Shown in pieces: positions 1-10,609 of a DNA stretch of 64,000 bases. Within the stretch, counting starts at the first letter, position 1. Each line of letters starts with the position of its first letter. A program made the position numbers and the translations under genes. The notes under the pieces are model-generated. The model saw nothing but the letters and a program-made list of their open reading frames with translations, had not been told where the DNA came from and did not search any database. The DNA is from Vicugna vicugna (taxonomy: Eukaryota). The stretch covers positions 434,001 through 498,000 of the forward strand of contig MU059441.1 in NCBI GenBank assembly GCA_013265495.1, read 5' to 3'.

Positions 1-561
1 ACCTAGGAAATAAAAAATGGAATTAGAAACCCAAAACAAGACAGAACTGCTTTCACGTTTGCCCCTGTGTTTACCAGAACAGGAAGTCTTTGTTGCCTCA
101 TACAGTTCAAGTTACTGCCTAGTATCCCTTCATTTCAGCCCGAGGACTCCTTGCAGCATTTCTTACAGTGCAAGGCTAGTGATGATGAGCTAGTTCAGGT
201 TTTGTTCATCTAAGAATGTCTTAAATTCACCTTCATTTTTGAAGGACAGTTTTGCTGATATGGAATTCTTGGTTGCAAGGTTTTGTTTTTCTTTTACTAC
301 TTTAAATGTGTCTTTCTGTTGCCTTCTGGCCTCCATGGTTTCTGATAAGAAATCAGCTCAAATCTTTTTGAGGATCCCTGTTATAACAGGTCACTTCTCT
401 CTTGCTGCTTTCAAGATTTCCTCTTTGTCTGTTGCTTCTGTAGTTTGATTGTGTGTCTGGTTTTGGGTATCTTTGTATTCATCATACTTGGAACTTAACT
501 GAGCTTTTTGGATTTGTAGATTCGTATCTTTCATCAAAATTGGGGCATTTTTAAAGATATT

Positions 562-696
562 CTTTTCGCTTGTTTTATGAGGGGGAGGTAATTAGGTTTG
601 TTCATTTATTTCTGCCTGGAGGAGGTACTGGGGTGTGAACCCAGGACCTCGTGCATGCTGGGCATGCGCTCCACCACTGGAGCTGCGCCCTCCCCC
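562..696 (-). mobile_element. Camelid tRNA-Ala-derived SINE (Vic-1-like)
   Basis: The reverse complement reads GGGGGAGGGCGCAGCTCCAGTGGTGGAGCGCATGCCCAGCATGCACGAGGTCCTGGGTTCACACCCCAGTACCTCC. This is a tRNA-Ala-like head with decayed A and B boxes, followed by the AAATAAATGAACAAACCTAATTACCTCCCCC tail typical of camelid Vic-1. Confidence 0.85.
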
Positions 697-1449
697 TGCA
701 AATGTTCTCTCTGCCTCTTCCTGTGGTCCCTCTCCCGCCGAGGCTCCCGAAGTGCCGATGTGAGTGTCCCACCGGCTGCTCTGGCTTTCTTTGTTTTTCT
801 ACTTTTCTCAAACTCCGTACTTTCAACTGTGCTGTCCTCACGTTTGCTGGTTCTTTGTTCTGCTTGCTCAGACTTGCTGCTGAAGCCCTCTGCTGGATTT
901 TCATTTCAGCTACAGAGTTTTTTGGTTGTTTTTTTTTTTAATAGTTTTTATAGCTTTTATTGATATTCTAATTTTGTTTATATACTGTTTCCTGATTCCC
1001 CTTTTTATATGTACATGTTTTCCTTCCTCTCTCTGAACATATCTGAATGGTTTTTGTTTAGTAAGTCTGATGTCTGGGCTTTCTAGAGGAATGTTTCTGT
1101 CTGTTAATTTGGTTACTTTGAATGGGCTGTGCTTTCTTGTTTCTTTGTATGCCTTTTGATTTTTTTGCTGTTGTTGAGCACTGGACATTCAAATATGATA
1201 ATGTTATAACTCTGGAAACCAGATTCTCCCTCCTTCCTGGAGTTTTGCATTTTGTGAGGATTTTTTTTTTTAGGCCATAATAATCCATTTGTTTAGTGTC
1301 TTTTCCAAACTATTTTTGCAAAGACTGTATTCCTTATTGTGTGTAGTCACTGGAATCTCTATTCCTTTGGCTTATGTTCAGCTAATATTTTGACAGAAAT
1401 TTCCTTTAATACCAAAGGATTAAAACAAAAACAAAAACAATCATTATCA

Positions 1450-1876
1450 GTGAAGTGGGCCAGAAAGAGAAAGAAAAATACCATATGATATCTCTCACAT
1501 GTGAAATTTAGAAAAAGAGGACACTAATGAACTCATCTACAAAACAGAAACAGACTTGCAGGCACAGTGAACAATCTTATGGTTACTGGGGAAAGCGGGT
1601 GGGAAGGGATAAATTTGGGAGTTTGAGATTGGCAAATGTTAGCCACTACGTATAAAAGTGGGTAAAAAACCCACATTTCTTCCATATAGCACAGGGAACT
1701 ATATTCAATACCTTGTAATAACTGTTAATGAAAAAGAACATGAAAACAAATATAAGTACATATACGCATGACTGGGAAACTGTGCTGTACACCAGAAATT
1801 GACACATTGTAACTGACTGTATTCCAATAAAAACAAAAACAAAACCGAAAAAACACCAGAAAAAAAGGAAAATAAA
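1450..1876 (+). mobile_element. 5'-truncated, relatively young cetartiodactyl-type L1 3' UTR with A-rich tail
   Basis: Contains gaaaaataccatatgata..., gaactcatctacaaaacagaaacagac and tatagcacagggaactatattcaataccttgtaataac. AATAAA at 1826-1831 is followed by an (A)n/CAAAA tail. Confidence 0.85.
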
Positions 1877-2811
1877 ACCCGAGCCCTTTCCCGGTCTTTG
1901 CAGATCGGCTCTGTGCTGAGGGCCCTTTCGGCAGTCACCCAGACTGTGGAAAGCCTAGAGCTCGGCCCAAGGTGAAAGGTTAGGGCTTCTCCAGTCTTTC
2001 CTGAGCGTGTGAGTTAGCACTGGCCTCAATATGCCTGTGTACACGGTTGCTATTAAATGTCCTAACGTCTCAGAGGCTCTCTCCCAACGCTTCCTCCCAG
2101 GTGGCAGTGTCGGCCTGAGCCGTCATCTTTTCTCCAGCAGCACCTGCCCCTCTCCCGCCTGCGTTCTGAGGTAAGCGAGGAGAGGTGTGCCTCCCGCAGC
2201 CCTTCAGGCAGCCCCAGACCCGTCAGAACAAATGCACGGTAGTCTCCAGGAAGGTCTGCGCCCCGGAACCAGGGACCAGGGACCGGGGCCCCCTGTTGGA
2301 AGCGGGGCTGGGCGCGTGGGAGCGTTACAGAGCTTTCCTGCTGTTTTCGAGTTGCCTTTTCTTGATTCAGCCTTCCCTTGGTTGCTCTGAACCTTGACTG
2401 GTTTTCAGAGTTCCGTCAAAGGTAGCTCTGACAGGTTCCCTGATTTCTCAGTGTTTCTGTGGGAGGATGGGACCGTGACGGGGCCCGTCTGAGTCAGCGT
2501 GCTGGCGGCTGCGGAACGGTCACTCGGCGTTTCTGCCATTTCTTCTACTGTTTTTAGCTGGTGCTGTTCCAGAGGAAAGAGCTTTATTTTCTGTCTTTTC
2601 TGTTTATTCTGTTACTGTTGGTGTGATTTGATATTTAAACAGCTCATGATTTTAAATAACCTTGGTGAGGTATACACTTGAAGTATCAGCTTGGTGACCG
2701 TAGCAAAAGCAGCATGTGACAGCCACATAACAGTCACCTCAGTCAGGCAGAATGTGTCCTTCTCCCTGGAAAGTTCTCCCAGGCTGCTTCGTGGTGGCTT
2801 TTTTGTGTTCA

Positions 2812-3745
2812 GCATTTATTCTGAAATAATTTCAGATTCACGGGAAGTTGGGAAGGTAGTTGGCTGGGGCCCCGGGCACCCCTCTTGGAGGTTCCCCTGA
2901 AGGCTCCGTCTTGTGTGTCTGTGGTGTGGCATCTCACCTGGGAGGCAGATCTGTGCACAGGTGTAGTCCTGTGTCATTTTATTACGTGTGGATTCCCGCA
3001 GCCAGGAGTTCGGCCCCCTCCCCAGGACTCTGACACCACCTGGCGGGGGTGCGGTCCGCCGCACTGCAGGATGACGGTCGGGGCTCGCCTCCCCCAGCCT
3101 TCCGGGATGCCCCCAGCGGGAGGTGCCCCCCGCGGGGAGGCGGAGCTCCGTCCCTGGGGCTGCGATGTCCGAGTGGCTCCGCCTACAGTGGGGAAGCTCT
3201 CTTCTGAAGGGGTCTGTCTTGCTTCATCTTGGTCCTCGGTCTAGAAAAGGCAGCTGTTCTGGGGGCTTTTGGTCTCTCCGTCTGTCCCCGTGAGCATGCG
3301 TCCAGACAGCAGGAGACGCACGGCCCCGTCCCTGTGCACCCCAGGGCCCAGCCAGGCGCCCCCTCCTTTCAGGGGCCCCAAGTGCCCTCTTGCGTGTCGG
3401 GTCCCGGTCCTCAGCTGTGTTACCTGAAGGAGCAGGAACAGGCGTGTCTGCTCCTGCAGTGCCTTGTTTTCTAAGACTCACATTTCAAAGATTTCTCACT
3501 CGTGCTGTGGGATTCCTCCCCGGGGAGTGGGGGTGCGTCTGCGCGCTGCCAGCAGCTGGCGGGGTGGGTCCACGCCCCGGGGCTGGGCGTTGTCGGCCTC
3601 TTGCGTCGTTGTTGGTCCGACAGCAGAAACTTGTCTCAGGGTGTGCATTTTTGCTTCTTTGGCTTCAGGTGGAGGTTGAACGCCTCTCACGTTTGTTGGC
3701 CTACATTCTCCTTCCCTCGTGACTTGCCTCCACGTCCGCTGAGAG
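2812..3745 (-). mobile_element. L1MC/L1MB-like 3' region relic, antisense, GC-shifted
   Basis: Starts ttctgaaataatttcagattcacgggaagttg, the typical antisense L1MC 3' end. L1-like text continues to ..ttgttggcctacattctccttcc. Confidence 0.6.
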
Positions 3746-4779
3746 AGAGGATGTGTTGATCACAGTCCAGCCAGTAGACAGAGGCCAGCGGGGTTATCTG
3801 AGCAAAGGTTTTTACCAAGGATTGATAAAGCAGGTAAAGGTTAACTAGGCTACTGAAAGGGTGACTGGGGAGCAGGGAAGTGTCGCGGGGGTGGCACCGC
3901 AGCCCTCAGCTGGGCTCAGGGAAGGGTCTGAGCTGTCAGGACCCAGGCAGCGCAGGGCGGTGCCGACTGGGACAGCTGTTGCTGCTGGTGTGAGGGCGAG
4001 GGGCCTCTCGCTCCATCCGTGCGGCCTCCTTCCAGTGCGCCTGGGAGACCCTGGCCTGGGGCAGCAGGCTAGCGGGTGTGATCTGCAGGGGCGGGGGGGA
4101 GGGTGTGCTGTGACCTGAGACCCAGGGACTCGGCAGCCCCTCCCTGCCCACCACCTTGGGCCGTCTGCTCCCTCCTGGTTTGCACATCTCGTGTGGTGAC
4201 TGGTTTCAGTGTTAAATTTCAGGTACGACGGGCCCTGCTCACACCGGCTGTCACGTGGATCGGAGGTCAAGGCGTGCATGTGCCTCACAAGGTGGGGGTT
4301 TCCCGAGGGTGGGTTTGATTCCATTAGGTTCTCCCTTGGTTCTGGAACCTGTCCCCTCCCCTCTCCGTCCGGGGGGACGAGCTTCAGCTCCTGTCCGGCC
4401 AAGCCGAGACCCCGGGAGCTGGCGCGCGCACTTCCTGCCTCCGAGTTGGTCCGTCCTCTGGAGTGCACTTCAAGTCTGTGAGGACGGGCCGTGTTTGTTA
4501 CGCAGGGGGCTGCGGGCGCCTGGTGGAGGGCGGCCCAGCACAGGTCGTCGGATTAACGCTGGTAACGGCAGTGGCGGTGCTTCTTTACATGTAATTGCTC
4601 GTTAAATCTCAGTTGGCGGTGTGGGAAGCCGTGTGAGCTATTCCGTCAATCCTGAGGTGAACGTTTCCCACACATTTTAGCTTTTCTGAATTGGGGGTGC
4701 ATTTTACAGTCAGTGACAGAACTCGCTTTTCCTCCTGGTGGTGACAGGTTCTGGGTCCTCTTACAGCCGCAGGCGGGTT

Positions 4780-4845
4780 AGCTCAGCTGAATCGGGCGTT
4801 GTTCCCATTCTACAGGTGAGGAACCTGGGGCACCAAGGGCAGCCC
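4780..4845 (-). mobile_element. MIR core fragment
   Basis: ttcccattctacaggtgaggaacctggggcac resembles the reverse-complemented MIR core (ccccattttacagatgaggaaactgaggc). Confidence 0.6.
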
Positions 4846-5484
4846 GGCCCCTCCTGGCTCCTTCCTCACAAGCCTCCGCACCACCGCCTGCCGGCCCGCC
4901 CCCTCGCCAGGTCCAGCGTAGGCTCCGTGCCGGGTCCGCCTCCCCCGGCTCCTGGCTGCTCAGCTGCCGGTTCACGCAACCCTCTCCAACTTCGTTTAGT
5001 GGAGTACATTTTCCGGCCTGGGCTGCGGGTCCGCTGGTAAGGCGGAGACCACCCGTGGTCAGGATGATCGTGGACACCCTTCAGGAGGGAAGGCTGGATC
5101 GGTGCGGGGCCAGGGTGCTCGGTTTTGTCTCCCACATTAGGCAGATCACCGTTTCATTTAGCTCAACACCAGAGGATGTGGTTGGCTTGTGTTTGGGGCC
5201 GTGTTGTAGGGAAAACGCTGGTCTTCAACCCTAGGCTTGCACGTGTGTGTGTAGTGAGCTTTCCCTGCCCTCGGACGCACCGGCGCTGAGCGCTGGGGGC
5301 CTGCGGGGTGTCTCCTGCTCACCCAGGGCCTCCCCACTTCCACGGCAGGGCTGTGCCCCTTGGCCAGGTGTGGCAGCCCTGCGCCTCCGTCCGGGCCATT
5401 TGTCCACTCGGACGAGCGGCGTCTTTCCACACCCTTACGGAGACGTGACTCGCACACCGGACAGTTCTCCCTTCACGGCGTCCA

Positions 5485-6560
5485 GGCCTGTGATTTCTAG
5501 TGTGTTCTTAGAGTCGTGTAACCATCACCACAGTCAGCTGTGGAAGGTTTTCATCACCCCTACAGGAACTCTGTCTCCGTGAGCAGTACCGCCGGGGTCA
5601 CGGGTCCACTCCCGGCCTGGTGAGGGCGTGCACCCGTGCTTCCTTCCTCTTTACTGCTAAGTAACACCCTGTCGTGTGGTTATACACACTTCAGGTACCC
5701 ATTAGTCAGCGGGTGGACATCTGGATGGTTGCCACTTTCCAGCTGTTGTGAGTGGCATGTGTTTGTGTCCAAGTCCTGTGCACGCACGTTTCCCTTTCTC
5801 TTGGTTTCTACCTGGGGCTGGAGTCGCTGGGGCAGAGGGTAACTCCGTGTTCAGCCTTCCGAGGAATGGCCCGACGGTCTTCCCGAGCGGCCGCCCGCGC
5901 TTTCCCTAGCCGGGTTCTGGTCTCTCCACGTCTCCACCGACACTGGCCACCGTGTCGTCCGGGTGGGTGTGAGGGGGTAGCTCTGGCGTTTCCCCCGTGG
6001 CTGGTGGTGTGGCTGTCTCCTCACACGCTCCTCGGCCGTTTGTGTTTCTTCTTTGGAGAAATGTCTGTCCGCATCTTTTGTCCATTTTAAGCTGCATCAC
6101 TTTTCTCTCATGGTCTGACTGCAGGAGTTCTTTGCATTTTCCGGGCAGTAACCTTTTATGAGATACGTGATCTGCGGAGTTTTCCTCCCATTCTCTGGGG
6201 TCTCTTCACTTAGTTGAGGGGGTTCCTTGAAGCACAGAATTTCAAGGTCTCATGACGTCCAGTTTATTTTTTCTTGTTGCTTTTGCTTTTGCTGTCACCT
6301 CCCAGAAACTGCTGCCTAATTCAGGGTCCCCAATATTTACACCTAGGCTTCCTCTGCATTTAACGATTTTAGTTCTTGCATTTAGGGCTGTGGTCTACTT
6401 GGGTGAGGAGAGGGTCTAACTCCTTTCTTCCCAGATTGAAGGCTGTGTGTCCAGTTGTCCCAGTACCGTTTGATGAAAAAGTTGTTCTTTCTCTCTTTGA
6501 CTTGTCCTGGCATTTGTTGAAAATAAAAATGTTTAGTTTTCGCTGGGCGTATGGATTTGG
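5485..6560 (-). mobile_element. L1MB/L1MC 3' UTR plus ORF2 C-terminal relic, antisense
   Basis: Contains gtcgtgtaaccatcaccacagtc and tttttcttgttgcttttgcttttgctgtc. Minus-strand ORF 6369-6578 (..IFNKCQDKSKRERTTFSSNG..ELDPLLT) resembles decayed L1 ORF2. Confidence 0.75.
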
Positions 6561-7174
6561 TTCTATAGTAGAAATCACATTCGTGAGTGTGAAGCACCTC
6601 TACTGTGCGTTCGTGCACCTGCCCCACGAGGTCGTAAACATCTCGGCAAGAAAGAGTCACATCTGATTCATCTTCGGTTCCCTCTGCGTCCAGGCAGCAT
6701 TGCAGGCACCCTGGACGCCTACGGGACTGCGCCTGCGAGGAGGCGCCCCTCCTGCTTGGCTCTCAGTGTGACGGGTCCTGCCAGAGCCTCGGCCCTGAGG
6801 CCACAATGGGAGGGTCACACAGGACTGGGCTTTTCCTCTCAGCTCTGCTCTAACTTCTGATTGCGCAGAGAACAGAGCCTCGTGTTGTGACACTAGTTTT
6901 CCTTTTGAACGGCGTGTGCGTGCCGGGCCCCGATCGGCCCCCGGAGCCCACGGGGGTCTCCTCCTTGTGTCTTGTGTTACAGCCTCTGTCCAGGGTACGT
7001 GACAGTAGTTCCCATTTTTGCTAATTATATGAAGTTTTAAAACCAACTTAAGGAAAAAGGTGAATGTAGACTTTACGGAAAACGTTTAATAAGTTGACGC
7101 ACAGAAGCTGTGGAGATCACCGGGGCAAGACAGTGAAAGTCAGGGAAACACGTCAGGGGAAGGGCCCCCCTTTT

Positions 7175-7800
7175 ATTTTTGTATTCATTCTTTCATCTTT
7201 AATTTTATTTTTGAGTGGATAACACACTGATAGGACTCAAAAGTCAAGGTGTACAAAAGGCCCCGTCGGCCGTCCTCTGGCTGCCTGGCTCCCCCCTCGG
7301 GTGAAACCTAGCAGCGTCTTCCACGCCCGCCCAGAGCCCGCTGCCGGGTACGCAGGTACGGTACGTTCCTGCCTGGTCTTCCCTCCTGTTGCACGCCGGG
7401 GGCCTTTCTCTTCGCCTGGTTCTTTCTGGGCTGGCCGGTCCGGAGTGTGGGGGCCTCGAGGTCCACGTGCTGTGACCCTTGACTGTCCAGTCCCTGTGGA
7501 CACTTCAGGCTTCTGGGTCCTAGAGGAGGGCGCATGGGGAGCCTGTGCTCCCGGGAGTGTGGCCGAGTGGGCAGGACTGCTCCGGGCGGCGAGGGACGAA
7601 CGCTCAACTGCGGAGGCTCCACGGCCCAAACCTGTGTCGTCCCCCTGCACCGACAGCAGGCGCTTCTCTGCGCCACGGGCCTGAGCATCCCTCGCGGCCA
7701 CCGGGCCTGAGTCCTTGGCCCGCGTCTCAAGCAGGGTGGGGCAGGCCGTGGATCTGTCTCTCCTTTCTGGCAGGACGGCTGTCCAGTGACTTGCACACCC
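7175..7800 (-). mobile_element. L1ME-like 3' end relic, antisense, heavily GC-shifted
   Basis: A T-rich former poly(A) tail is followed by gagtggataacacactgataggactcaaaagtcaaggtgtacaaaagg. The distal boundary is uncertain. Confidence 0.45.
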
Positions 7801-9725
7801 ATCTCCTTGGCTGGACGTGGGGCAGAGGACCCCTGGACAGAGGACCAGTCGCAGCCGGACAGGGCTGGATTGGCGTAGCTGCTTTGGGTCGGTCACAGCT
7901 GCCCCTGAGGCTGGCTGAGGGGCCTGCCCGTCCTAAGATCACAGCCTGTCACTGCCCACCAAACTGGGGACAGAAGCAGCCCTGTGGGACTTTACCAGGA
8001 CACCAGGGGACTGGGCCGACAGGTGCCAATACTCCGAGAAGTGTCGGGCAGCAGGGCCGTCGCTGAGCTCAGGAGCTGGAGTAGCCTGTGATTTGGCCCG
8101 AGGTGCTGGTGGCTTCGGGACACAGATTTTGTGCAGTAGAACTCGGCCCCCGAGGCTTTTCCTTTAGAGGCTCCTCCCCTGGAGGTGCTTCCTTCGGGCG
8201 AGCTCTCTGTCCCAGTCTTCCCATTGGAAGAAACCAGAAATGCCTCTGGCTGGATCTTGGAGTCTGGCTGAGCAGCTGGGCATCGGCGGGGGATTGGGGC
8301 TGGAGGGGTGACTCGCAAGGAGGCAGATGCCTGCTGCCGGTCCTCCTCTGCTCCCGCCTCCTTCCCCACGCTCTCCGGCCCCTCAGAGCTGAGCATGGAG
8401 CCGAGGAAGGGCCTGCGTTCTCCAGCACAGGGACCCCGGGCAGGTGTGGGGACCCCGCCTGGCCTGGGCTCCCAGGAGAGGCGGGAGAGGCGGATGCGCA
8501 CCTGCGGGTATGGTCCTGTGTGGCCATGCTCGCGGCGCGGCTCCCGGCAAGGCGGTACACAACAAGCGGATGATTAATTGCCCTTCTTAAATTGTAATTA
8601 TGTCACTCACCAGAGCCCTGAACGTTAATTCTCGATTTACAGAGTGAGTAATTGAATAATGAGGGGCTGCCGTCTGCTGCGCTCTGCTCCCGCCCCTGTG
8701 TTTCTGCGGTGCCAGGCCGTTCTGCGTCGCCTGCCCTCTGGGGCGGTGTTCGTGCCTGTCCCGGCCCCCTGACAGTGGGCGGTGATGTCGCAGGCCCTGG
8801 AGGTGGGGACCAGCCGTTTCTGACTCCACCTGGTGCTGCTCCCTGCTAAGTTCTCTTCCAGCAACAAAAGCCCACCCTGCAAGAGAGCACGGGGCTCCTG
8901 GAAGACGCTGGATGTCAGGCGGCTCTTGGAGGCAAAGGGAAAGCTGCACAGAGGCCCCGAGAGGAGAGCTGGAGCCCGCCTTGCTGGACACTCAGGAGGA
9001 GCCAGGCTGTCCTTTCTCGCTCCAGTGGCTCAAGTCCGTGAGCCCCTCACAGCCTCAGGAGGGGAGGGCAGGGCTCTCTGGCTGACTGTCCCCCAGGCCC
9101 TCTGGTCGTGTGGTCCTGCTCTTCCTGGGCCGGCGGGGGCGCTGGGCAGGCAGGTGCAGTGAGGGCCGTCCTCAGCCTCCAGACTCCCTTCTGTCACGGA
9201 GGAGAGTGCCCACAGGGGAGGGTCAGCAGGGAGGCCCTGCCCCTTTCTCAGGGACGCCACCCTGCGCGTCCACGTCACCTTTGCTGGGTCAGGAAGCCAC
9301 GTGGTCAGACTGGCTACTGCGTGCCGTCGTTACGCGCACGGCCCTGGGAGCTCAGAGCAGATTCACCGCATTTTGGAGAAGGAACATGAGAAAGCCTTCG
9401 CGTTTGAAGAAGCCACATGGACATCCTTATCCCACCCCTGGAGCAACCTCAGGCCCTGCTTGGTGTGATTTTTCCAGTGAAGACACGTGCTGTGGAGCCA
9501 TACGTGCCTTCTAGGTCATCGACTGTCACTGGTGAGGTGGTGGGTGGTGTGGGGTGCAGGCTGGGGCTCCGGTCAGGTGTGCTGGCCGCTGGTTTGGGTG
9601 GGGGCCTCTGGTACATGCTGGGGTCAGTTCACAACCCTGGCCTTGTTCAGGACCTGAATGGGGGAGGGATGAGTAACACAGGCCTCTGCAAAGAGGGGGA
9701 CAGGGCACACTTTTGAGTGGGGCAG

Positions 9726-10087
9726 TGCTAGGGACCGAATGTCTGTGTCCCCACGTCCCACGTTGAAACCTGACCCCAAGGTGACGGTACAGGGGGTGGG
9801 GTCCTAGGGAGGTGACTAGGTCTGAGGGCAGGGCCTTGGGCGTGGAGTTGCTGTCCATATGAAGGAGACCCCAGAGCGCCCTTCATGCCGTGAAGACCCA
9901 GCGGGAGGACAGGTCTGCGAACCTGGGTGCCAGCTCTCACCAGACACCAGCCTGCTGACACCTCGGTGTTGGGCTTCTGGACTCCAGACTTGAGACTTGG
10001 ATGTCGATTTGTTTCAGACATAAGTTTCTGCTGTTAACAAGCCCCCTAGGCTGCAGTGAGTTTGTTCCGGCAGCCTGACCAGCCTCA
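9726..10087 (+). mobile_element. MaLR solo LTR (MLT1A-like)
   Basis: About 360 bp running from tgctagggaccgaatgtctgtgtcccc through ctcaccagacaccagcctgctg and aagtttctgctgttaacaagcc to cagcctgacc, collinear with the MLT1A consensus as recalled. Confidence 0.75.
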
Positions 10088-10609
10088 CGTGGGGGGTCCA
10101 GTGGAGCCTCTGCAGGTGCGGGGTAGCCCCTTCCTGCTGACCTCCCGGGGGAGACGCAGGCCCTGTGGGGGGAGCAGGAGCCGTGATGGCCGGTAGGCAT
10201 GCTGGCCACAGACAGGATGTGTAGGACCCGCTCAACCCAGCCTCGCGCTCTCCTCTCTCTGGTGACACCGTCCGCATCTGGCGTGACTTCAGCCCCTCAC
10301 CGTGCCCCAGGGTCTCGCCCCCGGAGTCCTCGGCCTAGGTCCACGTTGGTCCTGCCCTGCTCTTTCCCGCCTGCTGAGACCTCTCTGCTTCCACCCCATT
10401 CTCAGAACTTCTGTTCGCCTGCCAGCCTCTTCCAGCTCTGTTTCTTCTCAACCCCCCCACACTGCGTGAGGGAGGGCGGGCGCTGAGGCCAGGCGGCCGT
10501 TCCCCCCTTCCCCGTGAGGCCCGGGTGCTGGCAGGAGGGCACCGGGGGCCGGGCTGGGGAGGCAGGAGCGTGGCCGGCAGGTGCACCACTCCCGCCACCC
10601 TGCTCATCG

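Larger units (their letters stand above)
100..2430 (-). mobile_element. Old L1M (L1MC/L1MD-like) 5' region/ORF1 relic, antisense, interrupted by a SINE (~562-696) and a younger L1 3' end (~1450-1876)
   Basis: Contains typical antisense L1M ORF1-region text (ccttcatttttgaaggacagttttgctg; ctcttgctgctttcaagatt; ctctggaaaccagattctccc). The minus-strand ORF 602-904 resembles a decayed ORF1 coiled coil. Boundaries are approximate. Confidence 0.7.

Noticed and set aside
618-696. Possible tRNA-Ala gene
   Set aside because: The A/B boxes and anticodon arm are damaged and it carries a SINE tail, so it is a SINE.
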